DNA of 64,000 bases from an uncultured Clostridia bacterium (GTDB lineage Bacteria; Bacillota; Clostridia; TANB77; CAG-508), in contig CALXZU010000002.1 of the NCBI GenBank assembly GCA_944393325.1, positions 20,179-84,178 on the forward strand, written 5' to 3'. Below the pieces are notes generated by a model that did no database searches, was not told the DNA's origin, and saw only the letters and a list, made by a program, of their open reading frames with translations. Both the position numbers and the translations under genes were made by a program. Numbering within the stretch: position 1 is the first letter of the stretch; the number at the start of each line of letters is the position of its first letter. Below, piece after piece: positions 19,581 through 29,265 of this stretch.

Positions 19581-21314
19581 CTATTCTAATTTTCCATGTT
19601 TTGCTTTAGACGTAAATATCCGAAGCTCCTCCCATACATTATATGCTAAATTTAATCTAAACAATAATTTAGGTTTAGCACCTGCTCTATTTTTATCTAC
19701 TACACATGCATAATATCTAACATCAGGATTTTCAAATTCTTTTAAATCAAAAAATTTCGTATCTACTTCATTTAAGGAATATTCATAATTTTTTAGATTA
19801 TCCTTATTTATTTGTTTCATTAAACAAAGTGTATCTAAAACCTCTTTTACAGTTCTACTTACTGCTAAATCATTTACATCTAAATTTACTGGTAATGTCT
19901 TGCTCTCTGCTAATTGTAATGTAGAACATATATATAAATTAAAGTTTTGTGCTAAATTTGAAAGAATTGTTGCTGTTTTCTTTAACTCTTCTCCAATACC
20001 TATATTGGCTGTATCTGTTTTTAGAGTATCGTAAAATACATATTCTATTTGTTCTTTATAATAATAATTCATAATTACTTTTTGTAATTCATCATTTGTA
20101 TGGTCTGTAATATTTATAAAATAAATTGCATTTTTCATTTCCTTATTTGCCCAATTAGTAATTTCAATTGTTTTTCTAAATTCTTCTGATTCTTTTTCTA
20201 ACCTTTTTACAAAATCTGCTTGTTTTTCCTTTGGCTTTCTTAATATAAAACCTTCTTCATCTGTCTCTACTTCTTTTGGATTATCTGCTCTAAATTTAAA
20301 CTCTAATAATTCTCCTTCTGTTTTGCTTAAATGAACACCATGTAAATTTTGAATTGCTTTATTGTTTATAATTGTTGTAATTAAGCATAGTTTCATTTTT
20401 TCTTCTGACATTTCATTTGAAATTACTAATACCTTCTTTTTATGAACTAATGCAACATGTGCTGCAACATCCATTGTAAATCTACTTTTACCAGCATTTG
20501 AAGGCATAGCAAAAGCCATAGTTTCTCCTTTTCTTATTCCTTTAAATACACTTGTAAGGATTGGAAAAGGTAATGGTAAACCATTTCTTAAATTATTATC
20601 TCCCGCTTCCAAAAATCTTGTCAAATTCTCATTTAAAACTGCTCTTTTAAATTTTTCTGTTGCATTAACTTGCTCAATTGCACTTTTTACTTCTTCAACT
20701 GACATTTTATCATAAAGAGTATATTTAGTAATTTCAACAACTCTATCTTGAATACTTTTAATTGGAATTGCTAAATAACTTTTTCTTAATGCAAATAATT
20801 TTCTTAATGCAATATATATTTTTTCTACATCGTAGTCTTCATCTTTTACTGCATTTTTTAAATCTACTTTAAACCTATACACTTCTTCATTATCTTTTGC
20901 AAAATTAAAACCTCTTTTTGCATCTTCTGAGCTATATGCCCCACCTTCAGTAAATATTACACTTTTATAGACATTTAAAGCATCTTGGTCTTCAAAATAA
21001 CATTCCTCAAACGGGAAATAATATTTAACAATAAGTTTAGGATCATTTAATAACTCACCTACAAATATACGTTCTAAATCAATATCACTTAATTCTTCTG
21101 GATAAATCCCTGTATCCTCATTTTTTTCCTCTACAAGTTTTTCCTCTTCTTCATTATCTTGTGAATTTTTTAATTCATCTATTTTTTTATATGCAGCCAT
21201 ATAATCTTTATTTAATAATTCATCTTTTATCTCATCTATTATTTTTTTATTTTTTTCAGTAACTTTAATATTATCTAATATTTCATATATAGCTTTAATT
21301 CTTTCTTCTTCCAT
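19581..21314 (-). CDS. DnaB-like (RecA-fold) helicase C-terminal-domain protein
   Basis: P-loop AMPSNAGKSRFTMDVAAHVAL...VLVISNEMS resembles DnaB/KaiC-type ATPase; N-terminal ~260 aa unassigned. Confidence 0.45.
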   Translation of the reverse strand: MEEERIKAIYEILDNIKVTEKNKKIIDEIKDELLNKDYMAAYKKIDELKNSQDNEEEEKLVEEKNEDTGIYPEELSDIDLERIFVGELLNDPKLIVKYYFPFEECYFEDQDALNVYKSVIFTEGGAYSSEDAKRGFNFAKDNEEVYRFKVDLKNAVKDEDYDVEKIYIALRKLFALRKSYLAIPIKSIQDRVVEITKYTLYDKMSVEEVKSAIEQVNATEKFKRAVLNENLTRFLEAGDNNLRNGLPLPFPILTSVFKGIRKGETMAFAMPSNAGKSRFTMDVAAHVALVHKKKVLVISNEMSEEKMKLCLITTIINNKAIQNLHGVHLSKTEGELLEFKFRADNPKEVETDEEGFILRKPKEKQADFVKRLEKESEEFRKTIEITNWANKEMKNAIYFINITDHTNDELQKVIMNYYYKEQIEYVFYDTLKTDTANIGIGEELKKTATILSNLAQNFNLYICSTLQLAESKTLPVNLDVNDLAVSRTVKEVLDTLCLMKQINKDNLKNYEYSLNEVDTKFFDLKEFENPDVRYYACVVDKNRAGAKPKLLFRLNLAYNVWEELRIFTSKAKHGKLE

Positions 21315-21372
21315 AATACAAATCCTTTCTAAACCACAAAATTAATTTTATATATTTTTAGGCAAGGAGAAT

Positions 21373-23289
21373 TTATCTTCCTCCTCCACCGCCTCCGGCC
21401 ACCGGCCACCTCCGACCGCCACCAGAGAATCCGCCTCCACCTCCAGAAGTAGACGAATACGCCGATGACATCGAACTACTGATTGCATTTGAAAAGCTAT
21501 TTGAAAAATCTGTATGTATCATTAAATACATATATGGATATGTACTAATATTTATATTATTATCTATATCTGGATAAACTATCTTTAATTGTTTTAATAC
21601 TTTATCTGCTATTCCAAATGCTGTTGCATAAACTAAAAACTCTTCCCATATTGCAATTTCTGGTATTTCTTTTTCATTAAGTAAAGAAAATTCCTCCATA
21701 TATTTTTTAAGCCCTTTCCACTTTTCACATTCATTTAATCCTTCTTTTGTAAATACATTAATCTTGTATAAAGCAATTCCTGTAACTACAATATTTATAA
21801 TTGCCATTACAATAGGAATAAGTGAAATTGCAATTTTCCCTATAACTTCCATTGTAAGCATAAATACAAGCATTCCAAATACAAAAGTTGCAACAACTGA
21901 AAATACTTGCTCTATAGACTCTTTTTCATATTGTTTTTTATTTTTTTCATCTATTAATTTAATATCTATTAACTTATCTTTAACACTATTTCTTATATCT
22001 TCTTGCATATTTAATAATTTTACTGATGATGTTTTTTTAATAAAACCTTCTAATTCTTTAACTGTTATTTTTGTAGTTTTATTTTTTTCAAATGCAGATA
22101 TTAAAAATTTTCCAATTGTTTTTTCATCTTTATTTTCTAAATTTGTTAATCCATCTTGATTTAACAAATTAATATATATATCTTCTTTTTTATGTCCATT
22201 GTTTTGAACTTCTATTTCTATGTACTTTTCTAATGCAAATTTTAACAATGTTGCTGAAAATATTTTACCAATATCATTTGGCTGTATGTCTGTTTTTGTC
22301 TTTCTTAGCAAGTATATAGCTTCTCCAGGTGATGCATCTTTTCTCGGTGTTTCTCTAAAATAGATTATATCTTCAGTTGGCTTATTTATTTTTCTATTTC
22401 TTATTACTTTTATTTTTCTTATTATATTTAAAAATAGTAAAATAGAAATTAATGCTACAGCTATGTACACACCTATTTCATATAATTTTTTCTGGTCTCT
22501 TAACCTATTTGCTTCTTCTGCCCATACTTTCTCTTCTTCTAAAACGGTGTTTAATATGGAATAATTATATGTCCTTGTAATATTGTTATTTAAAACATAT
22601 TTTGGAAATAAAGTTCTTATTTCTACATATACACCTGATTTAAAATTATTAATTGTAAATTCTATTTTATCTAAATCTGTTGCATATATTTCTCCATTTA
22701 AACCTTGTGTATGTCCCCATACGCGTAATTCATCTTTGTTTTCTACTTTAGATGGTAATGTTATTGTTCCTACAATATTTTTTGCATCTATTTCAAAATC
22801 TTCACCTACAAATTGCCAATAAAGCTCATTATAATCTGAATAACTACTTACGGCTCCTTCTACTAAATATGAGATTTCATAAACTCTTGTATCACTTCCA
22901 TCATCTAATCCTACTCCCCACGCAATCTCAAAATTATTATCATTATTAATTAGACCATAATAACAATCTTTTGTTACATGATACATTAGTTTTGAAGTTT
23001 CAGTAAAATCTTTGTTTATTCCATTTGTTATTTCTTCTACTTTTACATCCTTAATTCCTGTATACTTTTTTTCGTCAGTTTTAAAAGTTTTAAATAATGT
23101 ATTTGTGTCTTTTATGTTGATATTCCAAGTTTCAGTAACTTCCATATCTCCATTTTCTAAAATTTTTGTATTAAATTTTAAATTATTTAGATATAAATTA
23201 GATGCCGCATCAGATTTATTTCCTAGTATTATAAATAATAGTAAAAATATTAAACTAATTATTACTTTTTTAATTTTTTTCATTTTCAT
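21373..23289 (-). CDS. DUF2207-like membrane protein with C-terminal Gly-rich tail
   Basis: Signal peptide, extracellular domain, several TM helices, terminal SGGGGGFSGGGRRWPVAGGGGGGR (GC-rich 3' end). Confidence 0.55.
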   Translation of the reverse strand: MKMKKIKKVIISLIFLLLFIILGNKSDAASNLYLNNLKFNTKILENGDMEVTETWNINIKDTNTLFKTFKTDEKKYTGIKDVKVEEITNGINKDFTETSKLMYHVTKDCYYGLINNDNNFEIAWGVGLDDGSDTRVYEISYLVEGAVSSYSDYNELYWQFVGEDFEIDAKNIVGTITLPSKVENKDELRVWGHTQGLNGEIYATDLDKIEFTINNFKSGVYVEIRTLFPKYVLNNNITRTYNYSILNTVLEEEKVWAEEANRLRDQKKLYEIGVYIAVALISILLFLNIIRKIKVIRNRKINKPTEDIIYFRETPRKDASPGEAIYLLRKTKTDIQPNDIGKIFSATLLKFALEKYIEIEVQNNGHKKEDIYINLLNQDGLTNLENKDEKTIGKFLISAFEKNKTTKITVKELEGFIKKTSSVKLLNMQEDIRNSVKDKLIDIKLIDEKNKKQYEKESIEQVFSVVATFVFGMLVFMLTMEVIGKIAISLIPIVMAIINIVVTGIALYKINVFTKEGLNECEKWKGLKKYMEEFSLLNEKEIPEIAIWEEFLVYATAFGIADKVLKQLKIVYPDIDNNINISTYPYMYLMIHTDFSNSFSNAISSSMSSAYSSTSGGGGGFSGGGRRWPVAGGGGGGR

Positions 23290-24415
23290 TCCCCTTAATT
23301 TTATCTTTTACTTTTTTAATTCTTATATTTATCTCATCTGGTAAATTTTCTAAATATGGTATTTTTTCATTTTCAATTTTATATTTTTCTTTTAATTTTA
23401 ATATTCTTCTTACACTTTTATCTATTTTATATGGTTTTATTTTTCCACTTTTTATTATTTTATCTAATATTTTTTCATCTTTAGGTTTATATTTAAATAA
23501 AACAATATCATTTCCAGCATTAAGTGCTTTTTTTAGTGCTCTTTTTCTTCCATATAAAATTCTAACTGCTTTCATTCTTATATCATCTGTTATTATAACT
23601 CCATTAAATTTTAATTTTTTTCTTATATATTTTCTAACAAAACTTTTTGACATAGATGTCGGATACCCATGTGTTACATGCTTTATTCTCAAGTGACCTA
23701 CAAGTAATATATCTGCTCCATTTTCTATTGCTTTTTTAAATGGTATTATATCTTCTTTTTCTAATTTTTCATTTGCTTCTTCTATTACAGGAAGAGTGAT
23801 ATGTGAATCTTTTTTTGTTGCTCCATGACCTGGATAATGCTTTATTACTGGTACTACATTATTTTCTCTCATCTCATTTATGTAGATTACCCCACTTTTA
23901 CAAACTTCATCTACATTTTCGCTAAATGCTCTATCTCCTATTGCATGGTTTTCTTTAAATCTTTTTATATCAAGTACTGGTGCAAAATTAAAGTTAAACC
24001 CAGTTTTTCTTAGTAACTCACCTGTTATTTTACTTGCTTCTTCTACTAACCCTGCTTTTGATAAATCACTTGCAGATGGCAAATTTTCAAAATCGGAAGG
24101 CATTCTATTTACCCTTCCACCTTCTTGGTCTATTGCTATAAATAGTGGTATTTTAAGTTCATTTCCTAATTTTCTTAATTCATTTACTACTTTGTTTAAT
24201 TCTTTATAATCTTTATAGTCTTGTTTATATAAAAGAACTCCACCTATTTTATATTTTAGAATTAGTTTTTTTACATTTTCTATATGAACTGGGTTTCCAA
24301 TTCCAACCATTAGCATTTGACCTATTTTTTCTTCAATTGATAAATTTTCTAATTTTTCCATTATTACCTCTAAACTTTTTTCTACATTATATAATATGTT
24401 ATCTATTTTTATCAA
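23270..24415 (-). CDS. nagZ: beta-N-acetylhexosaminidase, GH3 family (NagZ-like)
   Basis: GQMLMVGI, AIDQEGGRVNRM, KHYPGHG motifs; overlaps next gene by 20 nt. Confidence 0.8.
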   Translation of the reverse strand: MIKIDNILYNVEKSLEVIMEKLENLSIEEKIGQMLMVGIGNPVHIENVKKLILKYKIGGVLLYKQDYKDYKELNKVVNELRKLGNELKIPLFIAIDQEGGRVNRMPSDFENLPSASDLSKAGLVEEASKITGELLRKTGFNFNFAPVLDIKRFKENHAIGDRAFSENVDEVCKSGVIYINEMRENNVVPVIKHYPGHGATKKDSHITLPVIEEANEKLEKEDIIPFKKAIENGADILLVGHLRIKHVTHGYPTSMSKSFVRKYIRKKLKFNGVIITDDIRMKAVRILYGRKRALKKALNAGNDIVLFKYKPKDEKILDKIIKSGKIKPYKIDKSVRRILKLKEKYKIENEKIPYLENLPDEINIRIKKVKDKIKGNENEKN

Positions 24416-24481
24416 TAGATTTTTCTTTATTTTTGTGATATACTAATTATTGTTAAAAAAATTTTAAAGGAGAGGTTTTAA

Positions 24482-26179
24482 ATGGCTTTTGATGGTATTA
24501 TTACAAAAACAATTTCTTCAGAACTTAATTTACTTTCTGGAGCTAGAATTGATAAAGTATTTCAGCCTAATTCTAATACTATAATTTTAGGCTTCTACTT
24601 GGATGGCTTAAATTATGCTTTAAATATTTGTATTAATCCTACATATTATAGACTTAATTTAACAACACATGTTAAAAAAAATCCTAAAGTTGCACCTAAT
24701 TTTTGTATGGTTTTAAGAAAACATTTACTTGGTTTAAGGATTAAAAATGTTATTACTAATTCTTTAGAAAGAATTGTAACTATTGAGTTTGAAGGTTTTG
24801 ATGATATAGATGATATTATTTCTAAAAAACTTATAATTGAGCTTATGGGAAAACATTGTAATATTATTCTTATTGATGACCAAAATATTGTTATTGATAG
24901 TATGAGACATATTAATAATGAAAGTGCAACTCATATTGTTATTCCTCATATCAAATATGAATATCCTAAAATTTCTAAGAAAGATTTTTTAGCTACTACT
25001 TTAGAAGATTTTGAAAATATTTTAACAAATAAAGATATAAGTTTATACCCTAAGATTATTAGTGATAATTATAATGGTATTAGTAAAAATTATATTTCTT
25101 TTATTATAGAAAAATTTGATTTAAATACTCCTTATGATACATATAACTTTTTAAATGATATTATTAATAGAACTAATTCATTAAAACTAAAAATTGAACA
25201 AAGTGATAATGATTATTTTCTTGTTCCTTATGATGATAATAATGATAATTTTTCTGTTAATTTTGCTATTGATGATTTTTATTATAACAAAGAAACAAGT
25301 GAAGAATTAAAAATTAATAGAAATAATGTACTTAAATTGATTTTATCTACATTAAAAAAATATAATAAAAGATTAAAAAATATTGATGATAAACTTGAAA
25401 GTTGTAAAAACATGGATATCTACAGACTTTACGGCGAGCTTATTACTGCTAATCTTTACAAAATTCCTAATGAAAATTTAAGTAGCATTGAGCTTGAGAA
25501 TTATTATGATAATAATAAAAAGATTACCATTCCTTTAGATAAAAAATATCTACCTTCTGTTAATGCTAAAAGGTATTTTAAAAAATATAGTAAACTTAAA
25601 AATGCTTTAGAAATTGTAAGTATGCAAAAAAAAGAAACTATTGAAGAACTTGATTATATTGAAAGTGTCGTTTATGAGTTAGAATCTGCAAATTCTATAG
25701 AAGAAATTGCTGAGATTTTAGATGAGATTTCTGAAAATGATATTTTTAAAGAGAAGACTAAAAATTTAAAGAGTAAGAAACAAAATAAGGTTAAAAAATC
25801 TAACCTTACTAAAAATAAAAATGTGAGTTTTAATCCTTTAAAATATAAAATAGATAATTTTACTCTATTAGTTGGAAGAAATAATAAAGAAAATGATTTT
25901 TTAACACTTAAATTTGCAAACAAGAATGATATATGGTTTCACACTAAAGATATTCATGGGAGTCATGCTGTGCTTTTCTTACAAAATCAAAAACCTTCTT
26001 ACGATATTCTTACTAAATGTGCTGAAATAACAGCTTTCCATAGTAAAGCAAAATTCTCTTCCAATGTGCCTGTTGATACTTGCCTTGTTAAATTTGTTAA
26101 AAAACCTAAAAACGCTAAACCTGGTATGGTTATTTATACAAATTATAATACTTTATATGTTAATCCTAAAAATAGATAA
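24482..26179 (+). CDS. rqcH: RqcH / fibronectin-binding protein A (NFACT family)
   Basis: N-terminal MAFDGI...ISSEL, 565 aa, NFACT-N and NFACT-R architecture. Confidence 0.8.
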   Translation: MAFDGIITKTISSELNLLSGARIDKVFQPNSNTIILGFYLDGLNYALNICINPTYYRLNLTTHVKKNPKVAPNFCMVLRKHLLGLRIKNVITNSLERIVTIEFEGFDDIDDIISKKLIIELMGKHCNIILIDDQNIVIDSMRHINNESATHIVIPHIKYEYPKISKKDFLATTLEDFENILTNKDISLYPKIISDNYNGISKNYISFIIEKFDLNTPYDTYNFLNDIINRTNSLKLKIEQSDNDYFLVPYDDNNDNFSVNFAIDDFYYNKETSEELKINRNNVLKLILSTLKKYNKRLKNIDDKLESCKNMDIYRLYGELITANLYKIPNENLSSIELENYYDNNKKITIPLDKKYLPSVNAKRYFKKYSKLKNALEIVSMQKKETIEELDYIESVVYELESANSIEEIAEILDEISENDIFKEKTKNLKSKKQNKVKKSNLTKNKNVSFNPLKYKIDNFTLLVGRNNKENDFLTLKFANKNDIWFHTKDIHGSHAVLFLQNQKPSYDILTKCAEITAFHSKAKFSSNVPVDTCLVKFVKKPKNAKPGMVIYTNYNTLYVNPKNR

Positions 26180-26417
26180 TAAATATAACAAAACAAAATG
26201 AAATAAAAGAAAAACTAAAATAAGATAGAAAAACACATTAGCTTCATAGACCTCGTAACCTACTATCTCCACATAAGCTTTGTTGTTAGCACCAATTTTT
26301 GAAAAATATTGATACTCTTAAAAATACATATTGTTATTAATTTTGTATCAAAAGTATTTAAAAACACACCTTATTGATACAGAATCAGTGAAAAGAATTA
26401 AAAAAACATAGATTCAA

Positions 26418-26466
26418 AAAATGTGAAACAAATTTTTAAAAAGATGCAAAAAAAGTTTCACATTTT
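26418..26466. promoter_or_regulatory. 11-bp perfect inverted repeat (aaatgtgaaac ... gtttcacattt) upstream of doc-like gene
   Basis: Arms ~26419-26429 and ~26455-26465, 27-nt spacer; a second 8-bp IR tgtatcaa/ttgataca lies ~60 nt upstream. Confidence 0.3.
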
Positions 26467-26517
26467 TTAAAATTTGTGTTATAACATAATTTTGCTTCAT
26501 TATGCGAAATAAACAAA

Positions 26518-26904
26518 ATGGTAGAAGAAGGATTTTATTATACAGCAGGTAAAGTAAGAAATACACCGGTAACAATAGGTGGAACAACATGGAAACCAGA
26601 TTTGCCTATTGAAAGTGTAATAAAAGAAGAATTAGAAGAAATTTTTAGTAAGGAACTGAATGATATAGATAGAGCAATCGAACTTTTATTATACACAATG
26701 AAAAAACAAGTATTTATAGATGGAAATAAAAGAACAGCTGTAATATATAGTAACCATTATTTAATTTCAAAAGGAAAAGGGATTATAGCAATTCCAGTAG
26801 AATTAACACAAGAATTTAAAGATTTACTAATTCCATACTATGAAGGAAAAGATGAAAATAAAATAAAGAAATTTATAAAAGAAAAATGTTATATGAGCAT
26901 ATAA
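26518..26904 (+). CDS. Doc/Fic-family protein with Gln in place of the motif His
   Basis: 128 aa (P1 Doc is 126 aa); QVFIDGNKRTAV aligns with Doc HxFx(D/N)(A/G)NKR at the same position. An in-frame TAA lies upstream, so the start is real. Confidence 0.5.
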   Translation: MVEEGFYYTAGKVRNTPVTIGGTTWKPDLPIESVIKEELEEIFSKELNDIDRAIELLLYTMKKQVFIDGNKRTAVIYSNHYLISKGKGIIAIPVELTQEFKDLLIPYYEGKDENKIKKFIKEKCYMSI

Positions 26905-26936
26905 AAAGGGAGGGAATATCATGGCAAAAGTTATAT

Positions 26937-27305
26937 TTAAAATTTTGAGCTAATCCACATTCCAAACTCAAAGGCTATATCCTTATGTGCATAAGTTCCC
27001 CCATATCTTCCTGTTTTCGCAAGTATTCCAACTGCATTTGTTTTATTTGACCACTCTTTAACACTTATTTGGTAACTATTTAAACCTGCTTGACTTTTAA
27101 TTATGGCGAATTCGCCATAATTAAAATTAGGATTATACAATTCTTCCCATATTCCCAAAAATTCAACTGTATTTCTATTTCTCAACCAATCTGAAATAAA
27201 GAATTCACTATCCTTTAATTTTAGCATATCTGTTAAAGATATATAATCTTCATTACCTTCGTTATAATAGTTTATTCTTGTATCTAAGACTTCGAAATTT
27301 TTCAT
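26937..27305 (-). CDS. KilA-N domain protein
   Basis: C-terminal GGTYAHKDIAFEFGMWIS matches the KilA-N core; start reassigned to MKNFEV. Confidence 0.55.
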   Translation of the reverse strand: MKNFEVLDTRINYYNEGNEDYISLTDMLKLKDSEFFISDWLRNRNTVEFLGIWEELYNPNFNYGEFAIIKSQAGLNSYQISVKEWSNKTNAVGILAKTGRYGGTYAHKDIAFEFGMWISSKF

Positions 27306-27420
27306 AATATCACATCTTTTTGGTAATTTTATCGAACATATATTATTTGTCAATTTAAAAATAGTATTTAACAAAAAATAAAGCATATGTATTAATAACA
27401 TATACTTTATTAATTATATT

Positions 27421-29265
27421 TTACTGCTCTTCTTCAGTTTCAAATTGAGAATTATATAAATTTTTATAAAATCCATCTTCTTTTGCAAGTAATTCTTCAT
27501 GTTTTCCTTGCTCTACAATATCTCCATGGTTCATGACTAAAATTAGGTCTGCATTTTTAATAGTTGATAATCTATGTGCTATGATAAAACTTGTTCTACC
27601 TTTCATTAAATTATCCATTGCATCTTGTATTTGTATTTCAGTTCTTGTATCAATAGAAGATGTTGCTTCATCTAATATTAATATTTTAGGATCTGCTAAT
27701 ATTACTCTTGCAATAGTAAGTAATTGTTTTTGTCCTGCTGATACATTGCTTGATTCTTCATTTAAAACAGAATTATAAGCATTAGGCAAAGTCTTTATAA
27801 AATGATGTACATGCGCTGCTTTTGCTGCTCTTATTACTTCATCATCTGTTGCATCTTCTTTTCCATATTTAATATTATCTTTTACAGTTCCTCCAAAAAG
27901 CCATGTATCTTGAAGAACCATACCAAACATTTGACGAAGTTTACCTCTCTCAAAATCTTTTATATTATGTCCATCTATTAAAATTTCACCACTATTTACA
28001 TCATAAAATCTCATCAAAAGTTTTACCATCGTCGTTTTTCCTGCACCTGTTGGACCTACAATTGCAATCTTTTGTCCATTTTTCACACTACAATTAAAAT
28101 CATTTATAATCGTTTTATTTTCATCATAACCAAACTTAACATGATTAAATACAATATTTCCTTGTAATTTTTCAGTATCTATTTCTCCTTTTGCTGTTTC
28201 AATCTCTTCATCTTCCTCTAAAAACTCAAATATTCTTTCTGCTGCTGCAACCATTGATTGCAGCATACTTGAGATTTGCGCTATTTGATTTATTGGTTGT
28301 ACAAATTGCCTATTATATTGTATAAAACTTTGGATATTACCAACTGTAATTGTTCCGTTAATCGCTAAATATCCACCAGCTACTGCAACTCCTACATAAC
28401 CAATATTTCCAATAAAGTTCATAACTGGATGTATTAAACCAGATAAGAATTGAGATTTCCAAGCAGAATGATATAAAGTATCATTAGCTTTTTCAAATTC
28501 TTTATTTACTTTTTCTTCAGCATTAAATACTTTTACAACATTTAAACCTCCATAAATTTCTTCAACTTGACCATTTACATGTCCCAAATAATCTTGTTGA
28601 GCTTTAAAATATTTTTGTGACTTACTTACAATAATTTTTACTAACACTCCCGCAATTGGAAGTATTATTAAAGAAATTATTGTCATTTGTACACTTATTG
28701 AAATCATCATAATAAGTATTCCAATAATTGTACAAATAGAGGTAATTATTTGTGTTACACTTTGATTCAAATTCATACTCAATGTATCTATATCATTTGT
28801 TATAATTGATAATACTTCACCATGTGTTTTTGTATCAAAATATTTCATTGGTAATTTATTTATTTTAGTTATAATATCATTTCTTAGTTTATATGTTAGT
28901 TTCTGTGATACTCCTGTCATTGTAAAACCTTGTACAAATGAGAATATTGCACTTAATAAGTATAAACCAAGTAATGTAAGCAAAATCGTTCCTACTTTTC
29001 CAAAATCTACTCCAGAACCTCCAGATATTTTACTTACTATCCCGTTAAAAATTTCCGTTGTAGCATTTCCAAGTATTTTTGGACCTACAATTGTAAAAAT
29101 TGTACTTCCAATTGCAAAAATCATAACTACGATTAATGCTATTTTATATTTTGCTAAGTAATCCCTAATTAATTTCATGGTTGTTTTCTTAAAGTCCTTA
29201 ACAGGTGGTGCAACAACCGGTCCTCTTCCCATTGGTCCTGGCATACTAATTACCTCCTTTCCCAT
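27421..29265 (-). CDS. ABC exporter, fused permease/ATPase (heterodimer subunit)
   Basis: 6 TM helices then Walker A GPTGAGKTT, LSAGQKQ, ILDEATS. Confidence 0.9.
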   Translation of the reverse strand: MGKEVISMPGPMGRGPVVAPPVKDFKKTTMKLIRDYLAKYKIALIVVMIFAIGSTIFTIVGPKILGNATTEIFNGIVSKISGGSGVDFGKVGTILLTLLGLYLLSAIFSFVQGFTMTGVSQKLTYKLRNDIITKINKLPMKYFDTKTHGEVLSIITNDIDTLSMNLNQSVTQIITSICTIIGILIMMISISVQMTIISLIILPIAGVLVKIIVSKSQKYFKAQQDYLGHVNGQVEEIYGGLNVVKVFNAEEKVNKEFEKANDTLYHSAWKSQFLSGLIHPVMNFIGNIGYVGVAVAGGYLAINGTITVGNIQSFIQYNRQFVQPINQIAQISSMLQSMVAAAERIFEFLEEDEEIETAKGEIDTEKLQGNIVFNHVKFGYDENKTIINDFNCSVKNGQKIAIVGPTGAGKTTMVKLLMRFYDVNSGEILIDGHNIKDFERGKLRQMFGMVLQDTWLFGGTVKDNIKYGKEDATDDEVIRAAKAAHVHHFIKTLPNAYNSVLNEESSNVSAGQKQLLTIARVILADPKILILDEATSSIDTRTEIQIQDAMDNLMKGRTSFIIAHRLSTIKNADLILVMNHGDIVEQGKHEELLAKEDGFYKNLYNSQFETEEEQ

